From IMG/VR virus record IMGVR_UViG_3300027974_000021: 64,000 nucleotides of DNA. One strand, given 5' to 3'. This DNA is from a virus. The notes beneath the pieces were generated by a model. It had not been told where the DNA came from. It was given only the letters and a program-made list of their open reading frames with translations, and did no database searches. A program made the translations under genes and the position numbers. Below are positions 38,918 through 48,591 of this stretch, piece after piece. Position 1 is the first letter of the stretch. Each line of letters begins with the position of its first letter.

Positions 38918-39253
38918 ATGGAAGAGAATTTTAAGAAAAAAATATTGAAAAAACTATCAACTCCTGTATCGGATTATTTAAAAAAGAAACAACCTTTAAA
39001 TAATGAAAATGATCCAGGAGAATATGATAGTGAAGGATCTATGGCTAAAAGTCAATTAACTTCAATATTAAATAATGCTAAAGAGATTAAAGAAATGCTT
39101 AATGACAATGATAATCTTCCTGAATGGGTACAAAGTAAAATAACAAAAGCAGAAGATTATATATCTACATGCAAAGATTATTTAAAATCAGAAAAGACAC
39201 AAAAGACTGAAAACATAAAAGAAAGTTTTTCAGATTTTATTAAAAAGAATTGA
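38918..39253 (+). CDS. Conserved hypothetical virion-associated protein
   Basis: EYDSEGSMAKSQL...LPEWVQSKITKAEDYI. Confidence 0.7.
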   Translation: MEENFKKKILKKLSTPVSDYLKKKQPLNNENDPGEYDSEGSMAKSQLTSILNNAKEIKEMLNDNDNLPEWVQSKITKAEDYISTCKDYLKSEKTQKTENIKESFSDFIKKN

Positions 39254-39326
39254 ATAACTATATTATAGCTATAATAACAAATAATCATTCTTAAGGTGAT
39301 TATTTTAACTTAAAAGGAAAATTACT

Positions 39327-40547
39327 ATGTCATTATGGGGAAATAAAGATAGTAAAACAGCTACAGGAACAGTTGCTATTGCCGCAGATGGCGCAGTGAC
39401 TGGAACTTCAACTGCTTTTACTACAGAATCAAGAGTCGGTGATTTTATTCGTGTATCAAATGAAGATTATCGAATTACTGTCATCACTTCAAACACAGCA
39501 GCAACTGTTGTTGCTGGTGTTGTTGGTGCAACACTTACTGCAGTTAATGCAGGTGCATCATATACATTATCAGAAAAACCAAAGTATGTATCTGATCCAA
39601 CTAAAGTTTTTGGAGTAGATGCTACAGAAGCAGTATCAGGTGGAGACAATGTAGTTTCTATCGCTGTTGCTTCTGGTGGTCTTCGTTATCTAGAAACACC
39701 TGCAGTCACATTGACTGCTCCAGTATCGTTGACTATTCCAACGACTGCTGTTTCTATCGCTGACGATACTATCACTTCTGCTAATCATAGATTATTAACT
39801 GGTACTAAACTAACATACTTAAAAGTAGGTGCAACTGCAATTACTGGTTTGGTAGATGGTACTGCTTACTTCATTATTGTGGTTGATGGTGATACATTTA
39901 AATTAGCAAGTTCTTTATCAAATGCTCAAGCTGGTACTGCCATTAACTTGACTGGTACTGGTACTAGTACACAAACTTTCACTGGTGATACTGCTACAGG
40001 TACTGCAACTATCTCTGGTGGTTTGGTCACAGCAGTTGCTGTCACTGACTCAGGTTCTGCGTACACATCAGCTCCAACTGTTGTTGTTGGCAAACCTCGT
40101 CGTACTATTCCTACTTCTGGAATTACAACAGCTACTGATACTATTGCTTACACTACACATGGCTTAAATGCTGCTGATGTACTTGTTTATAACAATGGTG
40201 GTGGATCTTCTGCAACTGGTTTAACTTCTGGTACAACATACTATGTTATATCTTCTGGTTTAACTGCAAATGCATTTAAAGTTTCTGCTACTGATGGTGG
40301 ATCAGCTGTTGATATTACTGGTACTGGTAATAATGCTCAGTACTTTGAAATCCAAGCATCTACTAACCAAGCAACTGCTACATCTTCACTAGGAGATTCT
40401 TCTACAAGTGGAACAGCTCATGCTGGTTGGGTACTAAGAACAGTAGGAACAGGTGGACGTGCTGGTAGAGTAAATTATGAAACACTTGTTGCTATGGGAA
40501 CAATCGCTGGCGATCAAGCTGACGATACTGAGTTCAAAGATAGTTAA
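39327..40547 (+). CDS. Virion structural or fibre protein with an internal duplication
   Basis: G/T/A-rich; two DTI....H.L......Y...G....TGL..GT.Y repeats; MSLWG start and HAGWV...ETLVAM end. Confidence 0.75.
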   Translation: MSLWGNKDSKTATGTVAIAADGAVTGTSTAFTTESRVGDFIRVSNEDYRITVITSNTAATVVAGVVGATLTAVNAGASYTLSEKPKYVSDPTKVFGVDATEAVSGGDNVVSIAVASGGLRYLETPAVTLTAPVSLTIPTTAVSIADDTITSANHRLLTGTKLTYLKVGATAITGLVDGTAYFIIVVDGDTFKLASSLSNAQAGTAINLTGTGTSTQTFTGDTATGTATISGGLVTAVAVTDSGSAYTSAPTVVVGKPRRTIPTSGITTATDTIAYTTHGLNAADVLVYNNGGGSSATGLTSGTTYYVISSGLTANAFKVSATDGGSAVDITGTGNNAQYFEIQASTNQATATSSLGDSSTSGTAHAGWVLRTVGTGGRAGRVNYETLVAMGTIAGDQADDTEFKDS

Positions 40548-40630
40548 TAAATAAAATAAAAACAATCCTAGAGTTGGGATGGTTAGATACAAATAATCAT
40601 CCCCTCTATAACATATAATAGGAGAAAATA

Positions 40631-41224
40631 ATGGCTGATCAAAAAATATCAGATTTAACTGCTGCAACCAGTGCTGCTGGTGCAGATCTATTCACACTCG
40701 TACAGGGTGGTTCGAATAAAAAAATAACAATTACAAACTTCTTAGCAAACTTGAATTCTGCTGTAATAGTAAATTCAAATGGTGCTGACCAAGATACTCG
40801 TATCTCTGGAGATAACGATAACAATCTACTTTTCACAGATGCTTCTGCTGATAAAGTAGGTATCGGTACTTCTACACCATCTGAGAAACTTGACGTTGCT
40901 GGTAATTTAGCAATATCAAATGGATTCTTAACTTTTTCACAAACACCTCAAGCTGCAACAGGTAATGCTGCTGCAAGTTTGTCAACAGCTATAACTAACT
41001 TTACTTTATCTTCTGGAAGTGATTCTTTATCTCTTGCAGCAGGTTCAACAGGTCAAGTTAAAATTATAAATGTAATAGCAGGTGCTGGTTCAGTATCAAT
41101 TAACGTTGCGACTCGAGTTGGATTCACAACAGTTAATAGTAGTACTGTTGGTGGGACAATAACGTTATTAGCATTAGCTAGTGGATGGATAATTCTATCA
41201 GCTAGAAATATGACAATAGCATAA
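40631..41224 (+). CDS. Virion structural or fibre protein
   Basis: MADQKISDLTAAT, VGIGTSTPSEKLDVAG. Confidence 0.7.
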   Translation: MADQKISDLTAATSAAGADLFTLVQGGSNKKITITNFLANLNSAVIVNSNGADQDTRISGDNDNNLLFTDASADKVGIGTSTPSEKLDVAGNLAISNGFLTFSQTPQAATGNAAASLSTAITNFTLSSGSDSLSLAAGSTGQVKIINVIAGAGSVSINVATRVGFTTVNSSTVGGTITLLALASGWIILSARNMTIA

Positions 41225-41245
41225 TATATAATAAAGGTTTAAATT

Positions 41246-41467
41246 ATGACATATAATGTAAAAAGTAAAATTGAAGAGTATTCTAAAATTTTAGGAGAAA
41301 AACAAAGTTTCTTAATTCAACTTCGCAATACAACAGCTCAAACTATAAAAGAGATTGATATGTTGACTGGTGCTATACAAGCATTAAATGAAGTAGAAAT
41401 TTCAACTAAATTAAAAGAAGAAACTTCAACCAAAGATAATGACAGAGCAAAAACTAGCGGAAAATAA
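41246..41467 (+). CDS. Small coiled-coil protein (possible fibre chaperone)
   Basis: Heptad pattern, GAIQAL. Confidence 0.55.
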   Translation: MTYNVKSKIEEYSKILGEKQSFLIQLRNTTAQTIKEIDMLTGAIQALNEVEISTKLKEETSTKDNDRAKTSGK

Positions 41468-41828
41468 TTTCCTAAGTTATGCTATTAAATATTATGATAA
41501 TCCTACTATTGGGAATTTATCAGAATTTGAAGATGATTTAAAAAGATTTATTCATCTTTCTAAACTTTTAAAAAGATATAAACTTTCTTTAAATATAGAT
41601 GATTTAAAAGAAAGACTTATATTAAATCATATAATTATTATCTATAATCTTTGGGGACAATCTGCAACAAAAATGTTGTTTTTTAAGATAGGTGAAGATA
41701 ATTGGAATGTATTAATTCCTTTTCTTACCTATCTTGGAAGACTGCCTGAGTTTATTCCAGACACAGCAGTTCGCACAACAAGTTTGACGATTGATGAAAA
41801 CGTACAAAAGAAATTAAGAGAAATATAA
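41439..41828 (+). CDS. Conserved T4-like hypothetical protein
   Basis: EFEDDLKRF...LKERLILNHIIIIYN...MLFFK. Confidence 0.75.
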   Translation: MTEQKLAENNFLSYAIKYYDNPTIGNLSEFEDDLKRFIHLSKLLKRYKLSLNIDDLKERLILNHIIIIYNLWGQSATKMLFFKIGEDNWNVLIPFLTYLGRLPEFIPDTAVRTTSLTIDENVQKKLREI

Positions 41829-42598
41829 TGGCAAATCTAGTAGTAGATAATCTTATCGCTTTAAGAATTTTATATTTGCTTGTCACACCTTTCGTGAAGA
41901 CAAAAGCATATGAATATGGAATTATTGATGATAAAGGTAATTATCTTAAAAAATATTCAGAATTAAAAACTTCAGCAGAACGTGAATCATTTTCATATTT
42001 GCATCGACTAGTTTTTAAATTAAAAATGTTATTAGCGAAACTTCCTGGAGGAGATAATCGTCTTAAATCTCTAGTTGCAGCATTATACTTAATCAAAGAA
42101 TTTTATATTAAAAAAGAATCACTATATCTAGTTGAATCAAGATATAATGAATTATTATCATCTAATGAGTCAATGAGTTTAGATGAACAAGAAGTAAAAG
42201 ATTTTTTAAGAGATTTATATTTAACAGAAGAAGTACAAGAAGATATAGCAAATGTCACAGGTGCTGGTGTAAGTACAGATGCCCCAGTTGTTTCACAAAA
42301 AGCTGCAAGACGTTATGCTATGTTTAATGTTAAAGATTCTATATATGGTAAATTTAAAAATGGTAAAACTAAATGGACTCGTTGGTCTGAATATTTAAAT
42401 TTAGAAGATGAAGGAGAAAGTTTAATTTATAATTTTGCTCGTAAAAATCCTAAAGGAATTATAGTTTTAAAAAATGGTGATAAAATGAAAGCAATACGTT
42501 TTAATCGCTATGGTGGTGGATCTTGGTCTTCTATTAAAAGAAATAAAGAATCTAAAGAACAAGAAATAGCAAATATAGTAGCAACAGAATTAAATTAA
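41828..42598 (+). CDS. Conserved T4-like hypothetical protein (probably virion)
   Basis: AYEYGIIDDKG...HRLVFKLK...AALYLIKE. Confidence 0.75.
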   Translation: MANLVVDNLIALRILYLLVTPFVKTKAYEYGIIDDKGNYLKKYSELKTSAERESFSYLHRLVFKLKMLLAKLPGGDNRLKSLVAALYLIKEFYIKKESLYLVESRYNELLSSNESMSLDEQEVKDFLRDLYLTEEVQEDIANVTGAGVSTDAPVVSQKAARRYAMFNVKDSIYGKFKNGKTKWTRWSEYLNLEDEGESLIYNFARKNPKGIIVLKNGDKMKAIRFNRYGGGSWSSIKRNKESKEQEIANIVATELN

Positions 42599-42601
42599 TT
42601 T

Positions 42602-43264
42602 ATGTTTGAATTTTTAAGTATAAAATCATTAAGTAGTTTTTTCACATTATCAACATTATTTACATTAATACCTGATTTTGTGTTTCATGCAATATTTCTT
42701 ACAGGTCTAGTAGGGTTTATAATTACATCTATTCCTTTTATACCAATCCCACTTAAATTTTTCTATCGTATAATGTTTTTAATTGTATTAATATTAGGAA
42801 CATGGTTAGAAGGATTAAATTATGCGAATAGTTCTTCTGCTACTAAAAAAGCATTAAATGAAAGTAAAAATAAAATAAAAACATACGAAAAACAAATAAA
42901 AGATTTGTCTGAAGCTTCAGATAAAAATTTAGAGAGAATAGTTAAAAAAATAAATGAAAGAGGTGAAAATGTCCATGCAAAAGTATCAAAGATTATCCCT
43001 GACAATCTTAATAGGCAGTGTGCTCTTCCTTATGATGTCAAATTGCTCCATAATGAAGCCATCACAGGTATCCCCGAAATACCCAATGCCACCAGAGGTG
43101 TTGATGGAAAGTCCAAAACAAATGAAAACAATAAAGTAGAATTAATAACGTTATTAGAAACAACTGTTGATAATTATACAGAATGTAATATAGTACGTGA
43201 AAAATTAATTGCTTTACAAAATTGGGTAAAAGAAGCAGAAAGACTACAAAAAAATGTCAGATAA
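42602..43264 (+). CDS. i-spanin (Rz-like)
   Basis: N-terminal TM segments, coiled coil, CALP...LLHNEA...VDNY.EC...LIALQNWV. Confidence 0.7.
   Translation: MFEFLSIKSLSSFFTLSTLFTLIPDFVFHAIFLTGLVGFIITSIPFIPIPLKFFYRIMFLIVLILGTWLEGLNYANSSSATKKALNESKNKIKTYEKQIKDLSEASDKNLERIVKKINERGENVHAKVSKIIPDNLNRQCALPYDVKLLHNEAITGIPEIPNATRGVDGKSKTNENNKVELITLLETTVDNYTECNIVREKLIALQNWVKEAERLQKNVR
42969..43139 (+). CDS. o-spanin (Rz1-like lipoprotein) embedded in the i-spanin
   Basis: GAGGTG RBS, hydrophobic signal, Cys, Pro-rich PKYPMPPEVLMESP; +1 frame. Confidence 0.65.
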   Translation: MSMQKYQRLSLTILIGSVLFLMMSNCSIMKPSQVSPKYPMPPEVLMESPKQMKTIK

Positions 43265-43703
43265 CTATGAAAATGGTAATGGTAATGGTAATGGAAATGG
43301 AAACACTAAGTCACGTTTCGTTAAATTAACATCTGATATCGAATTACTTAAAACATTATTAGGCAAACTTGATAGAAATGTAGATAAATTAGCAGATGCT
43401 TCATTAGAAGTAAGTAAGTTAATTTCTCAACATGAAGTAAGAATTGAAAATAATGAACAAAAGAGTGAGCATTTAAATAGCGAAATACACGATTTAAATA
43501 TGCGTATAATGGATGTGCATAAAGAAATTAAAGAAGTAAGCTACCATTTATCAAATACAAGTTCAACCAATATTGAGAAATTATCAAATAAAGTACATAA
43601 TATTGAACGTTGGAAATGGTATGCTGGTGGTGCTATTTTAGCTATTGCTATGGGTATGGAATATAAGAGTTTAGCCCAAATATTGTTAAAATTGTTTAGT
43701 TAA
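43254..43703 (+). CDS. Coiled-coil protein with C-terminal TM (XhlA- or holin-like)
   Basis: Heptads then IERWKWYAGGAILAIAMG. Confidence 0.65.
   Translation: MSDNYENGNGNGNGNGNTKSRFVKLTSDIELLKTLLGKLDRNVDKLADASLEVSKLISQHEVRIENNEQKSEHLNSEIHDLNMRIMDVHKEIKEVSYHLSNTSSTNIEKLSNKVHNIERWKWYAGGAILAIAMGMEYKSLAQILLKLFS
43272..43304 (+). repeat. AATGGW hexamer repeat encoding (NG)n
   Basis: aatggt x3, aatgga x2, aac. Confidence 0.85.
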
Positions 43704-43708
43704 AACAC

Positions 43709-43737
43709 TTTACATACAAGTTAAAATATAGTATAAT
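43709..43737 (+). promoter_or_regulatory. Early promoter of primase
   Basis: TTTACA-N17-TATAAT. Confidence 0.7.
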
Positions 43738-43747
43738 ATACGTTATT

Positions 43748-44776
43748 ATGTTGTTTATTGACATCAAATACATTGATTTAGTATCTCCAAAATTGAGAAA
43801 CTTTAAAAAGAAAAATACTTATCTTTGGAATTTCAGTTGTCCAATATGTAAAGATTCTAAACGTAGTATATTAAAGGCAAGAGGTTTTATTTACAAGATT
43901 AAAAATAATTTAAACTTCAAATGTCATAATTGTAGTGCTAGTATGGGGTTTAGTAATTTTTTAAAATTTATTGATCCTAAATTAGAAAGTGAATATAATG
44001 TTGAAAAATATAAAAGTAATTCTAAAGTTGGAGTCTCTAAAGAACCGATTAAAGACTTCTTTGACCAATTTAAACCAGAGAATAAGAAAGAAACTATTTC
44101 TGGTCTTCTTAATGCTGAGTGTGTCACCACTCTACAAAATGAACATCCTGTTCGTAAGTACTTATCAAAACGTAAAATACCAACTGAATACCTTGCATCT
44201 TTATATTGGGTTAATACATTTAAAAAATGGGTTAATGACAATGTTGCACCGAAGTTTGCTTCGATTGAAGAAGATCATCCAAGGTTAGTAATACCATTTT
44301 ACGATAAGAAAAAGAATTTACTTGCAATACAAGGACGTACTTTAGGAAAAGAATTACCAAAGTATTATACAATTAAGACAAACGAGAAGAACGAAAAGAT
44401 ATTTGGTTTAGAAAAGTTAGATGAGAATAAGACTATATATGCTGTTGAAGGACCGATTGATAGTATGTTCTTACCTAATGCTGTTGCTGTTGCAGGTACT
44501 TCTTTTGAAATAAAAAGACTTTTAAAAAATAAAGAACGTGTAATAGTAATAATAGATAATGAACCAAGAAATGTTGAAATTTGTAAATCGATATATAAGT
44601 GTATAAACTTAGGATATGGAGTGTGTTTGCTTCCTTCAAATATATCTGGTAAAGATATAAATGAAATAGTTTTAAAACAACCTAAGATAAATATAGTAAA
44701 TTTAATTAATGAAAATACGTATCGTGGACTAGAAGCAGAACTTGCTTTTAATAAATGGGTACGTTGTAAAATATAG
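43748..44776 (+). CDS. gp61: DNA primase
   Basis: CPICKDS...CHNC zinc finger, RLVIPF, VEGPIDS, DNEPRN, KDINE. Confidence 0.96.
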   Translation: MLFIDIKYIDLVSPKLRNFKKKNTYLWNFSCPICKDSKRSILKARGFIYKIKNNLNFKCHNCSASMGFSNFLKFIDPKLESEYNVEKYKSNSKVGVSKEPIKDFFDQFKPENKKETISGLLNAECVTTLQNEHPVRKYLSKRKIPTEYLASLYWVNTFKKWVNDNVAPKFASIEEDHPRLVIPFYDKKKNLLAIQGRTLGKELPKYYTIKTNEKNEKIFGLEKLDENKTIYAVEGPIDSMFLPNAVAVAGTSFEIKRLLKNKERVIVIIDNEPRNVEICKSIYKCINLGYGVCLLPSNISGKDINEIVLKQPKINIVNLINENTYRGLEAELAFNKWVRCKI

Positions 44777-44784
44777 AGGAAAAT

Positions 44785-45159
44785 ATGAGCGACGATAATA
44801 ATACGATTGACATAACTAAGATACAAGAACAACAAAGACGTATAGAGCATGAGCAAAATGTTCTTCTTCAACCTCTTTGGAGATCTGTTATGAATATTAA
44901 AACACCAAGACAAGCTATATCTTGTGCTTCAGCAATGATTGTTGCTGGTAAAGATTTATTAGTTTTAGAATTGGGTGCTGATGTCGCTAAAAACTTTATT
45001 GATAATTTAAATTATAATACTCTTGATCTAGTGACGAGTAAACAAGAAGAAATACAGAATGAATTAGATAAGATAGCAAAAGAAGCTATTTCACCAACAG
45101 TTGTGAAAGCTGATTTTACAAAGAAAAAAGAAAAGGAAAAAGAAAATGACAAACAATAA
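44785..45159 (+). CDS. Hypothetical protein
   Basis: 124-aa ORF, GAGGA RBS. Confidence 0.65.
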   Translation: MSDDNNTIDITKIQEQQRRIEHEQNVLLQPLWRSVMNIKTPRQAISCASAMIVAGKDLLVLELGADVAKNFIDNLNYNTLDLVTSKQEEIQNELDKIAKEAISPTVVKADFTKKKEKEKENDKQ

Positions 45160-45346
45160 ATTCGATAGAACGATGGCAATATATTCTGCTAATCAAGAAA
45201 TCGAAAAGAAAGAAAAAGCTTTATTAAGAGCAAGAAAAGAAGTTGCAATAAATGCAAATGGAACTTCTGGATATTCTATTAAAGAAGGAAAGAATGCTGG
45301 TAAAGTGGTAGGTCATCTTAAAAAAGATAAAAATATTATTGAATAG
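45146..45346 (+). CDS. Hypothetical protein
   Basis: 66-aa ORF, AAGGA RBS. Confidence 0.6.
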   Translation: MTNNKFDRTMAIYSANQEIEKKEKALLRARKEVAINANGTSGYSIKEGKNAGKVVGHLKKDKNIIE

Positions 45347-45350
45347 TTAA

Positions 45351-45560
45351 ATGTTGAATTGGTTATTCTATACCATTCCTGAAAAGAAAAGAATACATTA
45401 TGGTATTTGTCTATGGCTTGTTATGTGGATTATACCTGAATATTTACTTAAAGTGCATTTTACAATAGTAATGCAATTTATAAATTTTATAACATATGAT
45501 ATACTATATTTTAATATGTTAAAAGCTGAAGCAAAATTTAAAGATGACGAAGAAAAATAA
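45351..45560 (+). CDS. Small membrane protein
   Basis: Hydrophobic segments. Confidence 0.5.
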   Translation: MLNWLFYTIPEKKRIHYGICLWLVMWIIPEYLLKVHFTIVMQFINFITYDILYFNMLKAEAKFKDDEEK

Positions 45561-45568
45561 ACAAGTAC

Positions 45569-46129
45569 ATGATTAATAAAACTCTCTTACAAATTGATAA
45601 TAGACAATTAACTATATTTGATGATGTTTATTCAGCAGCAGACAGAGAAAGACTTTATCATTTTTGTTCAACTAGGCATTTCACTACAGATGGAAGTGAT
45701 ACAGCAAGATTAGAATATAAAGGCGATTTTAATTTATACTGTAATCTACTCGCAGGCAATCAATTACAACAATCAAATTTTCTTAACTTAGAAGGAACTA
45801 AAGAAATACTTTCTATGTTAGATGGGTACGAGATTATTCAAGCAAGAGTTAATCTAAGTACACTTCACGATAAGAATCGTTTTCACTGCGATGCTGCAGG
45901 ATCAAACGATGTAAGAACTATATTATACTATCCTAATATGACATGGAATATTGAGTGGGGTGGTTATACTATGTTTACAAATCAGAACATGAGTAAATTA
46001 GAATATTGTTCTTTTTATATTCCAGGAAGAGTAATACTTTTCGATGGCACAATACCACATTGCATTTCATCACCAAGCCCATCGGCTCCCACTTACAGAT
46101 TCAGTTTCGTAATTCAATACTACAAATAA
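45569..46129 (+). CDS. 2OG-Fe(II) oxygenase (prolyl-hydroxylase-like)
   Basis: FHCD, YYPN..W..EWGG.T, PGRVILFDGTIPH, RFS. Confidence 0.85.
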   Translation: MINKTLLQIDNRQLTIFDDVYSAADRERLYHFCSTRHFTTDGSDTARLEYKGDFNLYCNLLAGNQLQQSNFLNLEGTKEILSMLDGYEIIQARVNLSTLHDKNRFHCDAAGSNDVRTILYYPNMTWNIEWGGYTMFTNQNMSKLEYCSFYIPGRVILFDGTIPHCISSPSPSAPTYRFSFVIQYYK

Positions 46130-46135
46130 TAAACT

Positions 46136-47935
46136 ATGACACAAGAACTATATAACGACATACGAGTTGACTACTCTCGAGATTCATTATTCGATGAAAT
46201 AGGCAAAATTCGTATGAAAGAGTCCTACATGAAGGACGATGAAACATCTCCACAACAAAGATTTGCTTTCGTAAGTAAAACATTTTCTTCAAATAAAGAA
46301 CATGCCCAGAGACTTTATGATTATGCTTCGAAACATTGGCTATCATATTCTACTCCTATTCTTTCATTTGGAAGAAGTAAAAAAGGATTACCGATTTCTT
46401 GTTTTCTAAATTATATAGAAGACACAGCTGAAGGATTAGTTAAAAATCTTTCAGAAACTAACTGGCTATCTATGGTTGGGGGTGGAGTTGGTATAGGATT
46501 TGGTATAAGATCAGCTGATGATAAATCAACAGGTGTATTGCCACATTTAAAAATATACGATGCAGCAACACTCGCATACAGACAAGGACGCACACGAAGA
46601 GGATCGTATGCTGCTTATCTTGATATATCTCATCCTGATATAATTGAATTCTTAGAAATAAGAAAGCCGACAGGAGATCCAAATGTTCGTTGTTTAAATA
46701 TGCATCATGGTATTAATATACCACATGAGTTCATGGAACTTATTGAAAAATGTATGTTAGATACTGAAGCAGATGATAAATGGGCTTTACGTGATCCACA
46801 TACACAAGAAGTTAAATCTTATATAAGTGCAAGAGATTTATGGCAACGTGTATTAGAAATGCGTATGATGACTGGAGAACCATATCTTCATTTTATCGAT
46901 ACATCAAACGAACATCTTCCAGCATTTCTTAAATCAAAAAATTTAAAAATTCATCAATCAAATCTTTGTTCTGAGATTATACTTCCAACCAGTGTCGAAA
47001 GAACTGCTGTGTGTTGTTTATCATCAGTCAACTTAGAATACTTTGATGAATGGAAGAAAGACGATCAGTTTTTAGCAGATATAGCAGAGATGTTAGATAA
47101 TGTTCTTACATATTTTATAACTCACGCTCCGAATGCTATATCTAGAGCAAAATACTCAGCTGAAAGAGAAAGAAGTATCGGAGTTGGTGCACTCGGTTTT
47201 CATGCTTACCTACAAAGCAAAAATATTCCATGGGAGTCTGCAATGGCAGTATCTGCCAATACTCGAATGTTCATGCATATTAGAAATCAATTAGATAAAG
47301 CGAACATTAAACTTGGAAAAGAAAGAGGTGAAGCACCAGATGCAGTTGGAACAGGGCAGAGATTTTCTCATGTAATGGCAATAGCACCTAATGCTTCATC
47401 TTCTATCTTAATGGGAAATACTTCACCATCAATTGAACCATTTAGAGCAAACGTTTATAGACAAGATACCCTTTCTGGTGCGTCTATAAATAAAAATAAA
47501 CACTTAGATAAATTAATTAAAAAAGCTTGTGAAAAAAATAGTAAGCTTGATTATAATGAAATTTGGTCGAGTATTATAATGAATGATGGTTCGGTTCAAC
47601 ACTTAGATATATTAAAAGAAAACGATAAAGATACTTTTAAAACAGCTATGGAAATAGATCAACGTTGGGTTGTAGAACACGCAGCAATACGTCAAGAGTT
47701 TATTGACCAAGCACAATCAGTTAATTTATTCTTTAGACCAGATACAGATATTAAATATTTACATGCTTGTCACTTTATGGCTTGGAAAAAAGGTTTAAAG
47801 ACTTTATACTATTGTCGTAGTGAGAAAATTGGTAAAGCTGATAAAGTTGCTAAGAAAATTGAACGAAGAATCATAGAAGAAATTAAAATAAAAGACTTAA
47901 CAAATGAGGATACATGTTTAGCTTGCGAGGGTTAA
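46136..47935 (+). CDS. nrdA: Ribonucleotide reductase class Ia alpha subunit
   Basis: PISCF, QSNLCSEI, IAPNASSS, KTLYY, C-terminal CLACEG. Confidence 0.97.
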   Translation: MTQELYNDIRVDYSRDSLFDEIGKIRMKESYMKDDETSPQQRFAFVSKTFSSNKEHAQRLYDYASKHWLSYSTPILSFGRSKKGLPISCFLNYIEDTAEGLVKNLSETNWLSMVGGGVGIGFGIRSADDKSTGVLPHLKIYDAATLAYRQGRTRRGSYAAYLDISHPDIIEFLEIRKPTGDPNVRCLNMHHGINIPHEFMELIEKCMLDTEADDKWALRDPHTQEVKSYISARDLWQRVLEMRMMTGEPYLHFIDTSNEHLPAFLKSKNLKIHQSNLCSEIILPTSVERTAVCCLSSVNLEYFDEWKKDDQFLADIAEMLDNVLTYFITHAPNAISRAKYSAERERSIGVGALGFHAYLQSKNIPWESAMAVSANTRMFMHIRNQLDKANIKLGKERGEAPDAVGTGQRFSHVMAIAPNASSSILMGNTSPSIEPFRANVYRQDTLSGASINKNKHLDKLIKKACEKNSKLDYNEIWSSIIMNDGSVQHLDILKENDKDTFKTAMEIDQRWVVEHAAIRQEFIDQAQSVNLFFRPDTDIKYLHACHFMAWKKGLKTLYYCRSEKIGKADKVAKKIERRIIEEIKIKDLTNEDTCLACEG

Positions 47936-48336
47936 GAATATGGAGTGTTTTACTCCTTTTAACAGTATTAACATCTTGCATTCCTGCAGCAATACTTACA
48001 GTTAAGAAGTTATTACCATCAGCATATGATGATAATGAAATGTTAATGATTTCAAATCTAAGATATGATGTACGACAAGTACAATGCACTGGTGACAAAT
48101 CACACGAAACCATAGTAAAAATATGGGAAGGGAAAGAAAAACTGTATTACTATTCATCAGCAAAAGAAAATGAAGATGTTTTAAAAATGGTAAGACCATT
48201 TTCTGAAAGTATGAGAGGTCTTTATGACTCTTCAAAATCAGGTTCAATGAAAGAACTTTACTGTATTGAAAAAGTAATTAATTTAACAAAACAAGTGGAT
48301 ATTATAGCAAATGCACTTGCAGCGAGGAACAAATAA
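47914..48336 (+). CDS. Lipoprotein
   Basis: Lipobox LTSC. Confidence 0.65.
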   Translation: MFSLRGLRIWSVLLLLTVLTSCIPAAILTVKKLLPSAYDDNEMLMISNLRYDVRQVQCTGDKSHETIVKIWEGKEKLYYYSSAKENEDVLKMVRPFSESMRGLYDSSKSGSMKELYCIEKVINLTKQVDIIANALAARNK

Positions 48337-48587
48337 TGACTATAAATGAAGCAATACAAGAAATGCAAGCATTAACACAATCTGATAATGCATGGTTAAG
48401 AGAAAAAGCAACTAAAGTAATAAGATATAATCATCAACATGACTCAGGACAACTATCAACAGCTGAATATACAGATCTATTAAATGATTTGGCTCGTATT
48501 GAAGAAATACAAGAAGAAGCTGATACAATGAAATACAAAGCAGCAATTGAAAAAATAATTACGACTACATTTTCATTACTTAGTTAA
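48336..48587 (+). CDS. Hypothetical protein
   Basis: 83-aa ORF translationally coupled to the lipoprotein. Confidence 0.65.
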   Translation: MTINEAIQEMQALTQSDNAWLREKATKVIRYNHQHDSGQLSTAEYTDLLNDLARIEEIQEEADTMKYKAAIEKIITTTFSLLS

Positions 48588-48591
48588 TATT

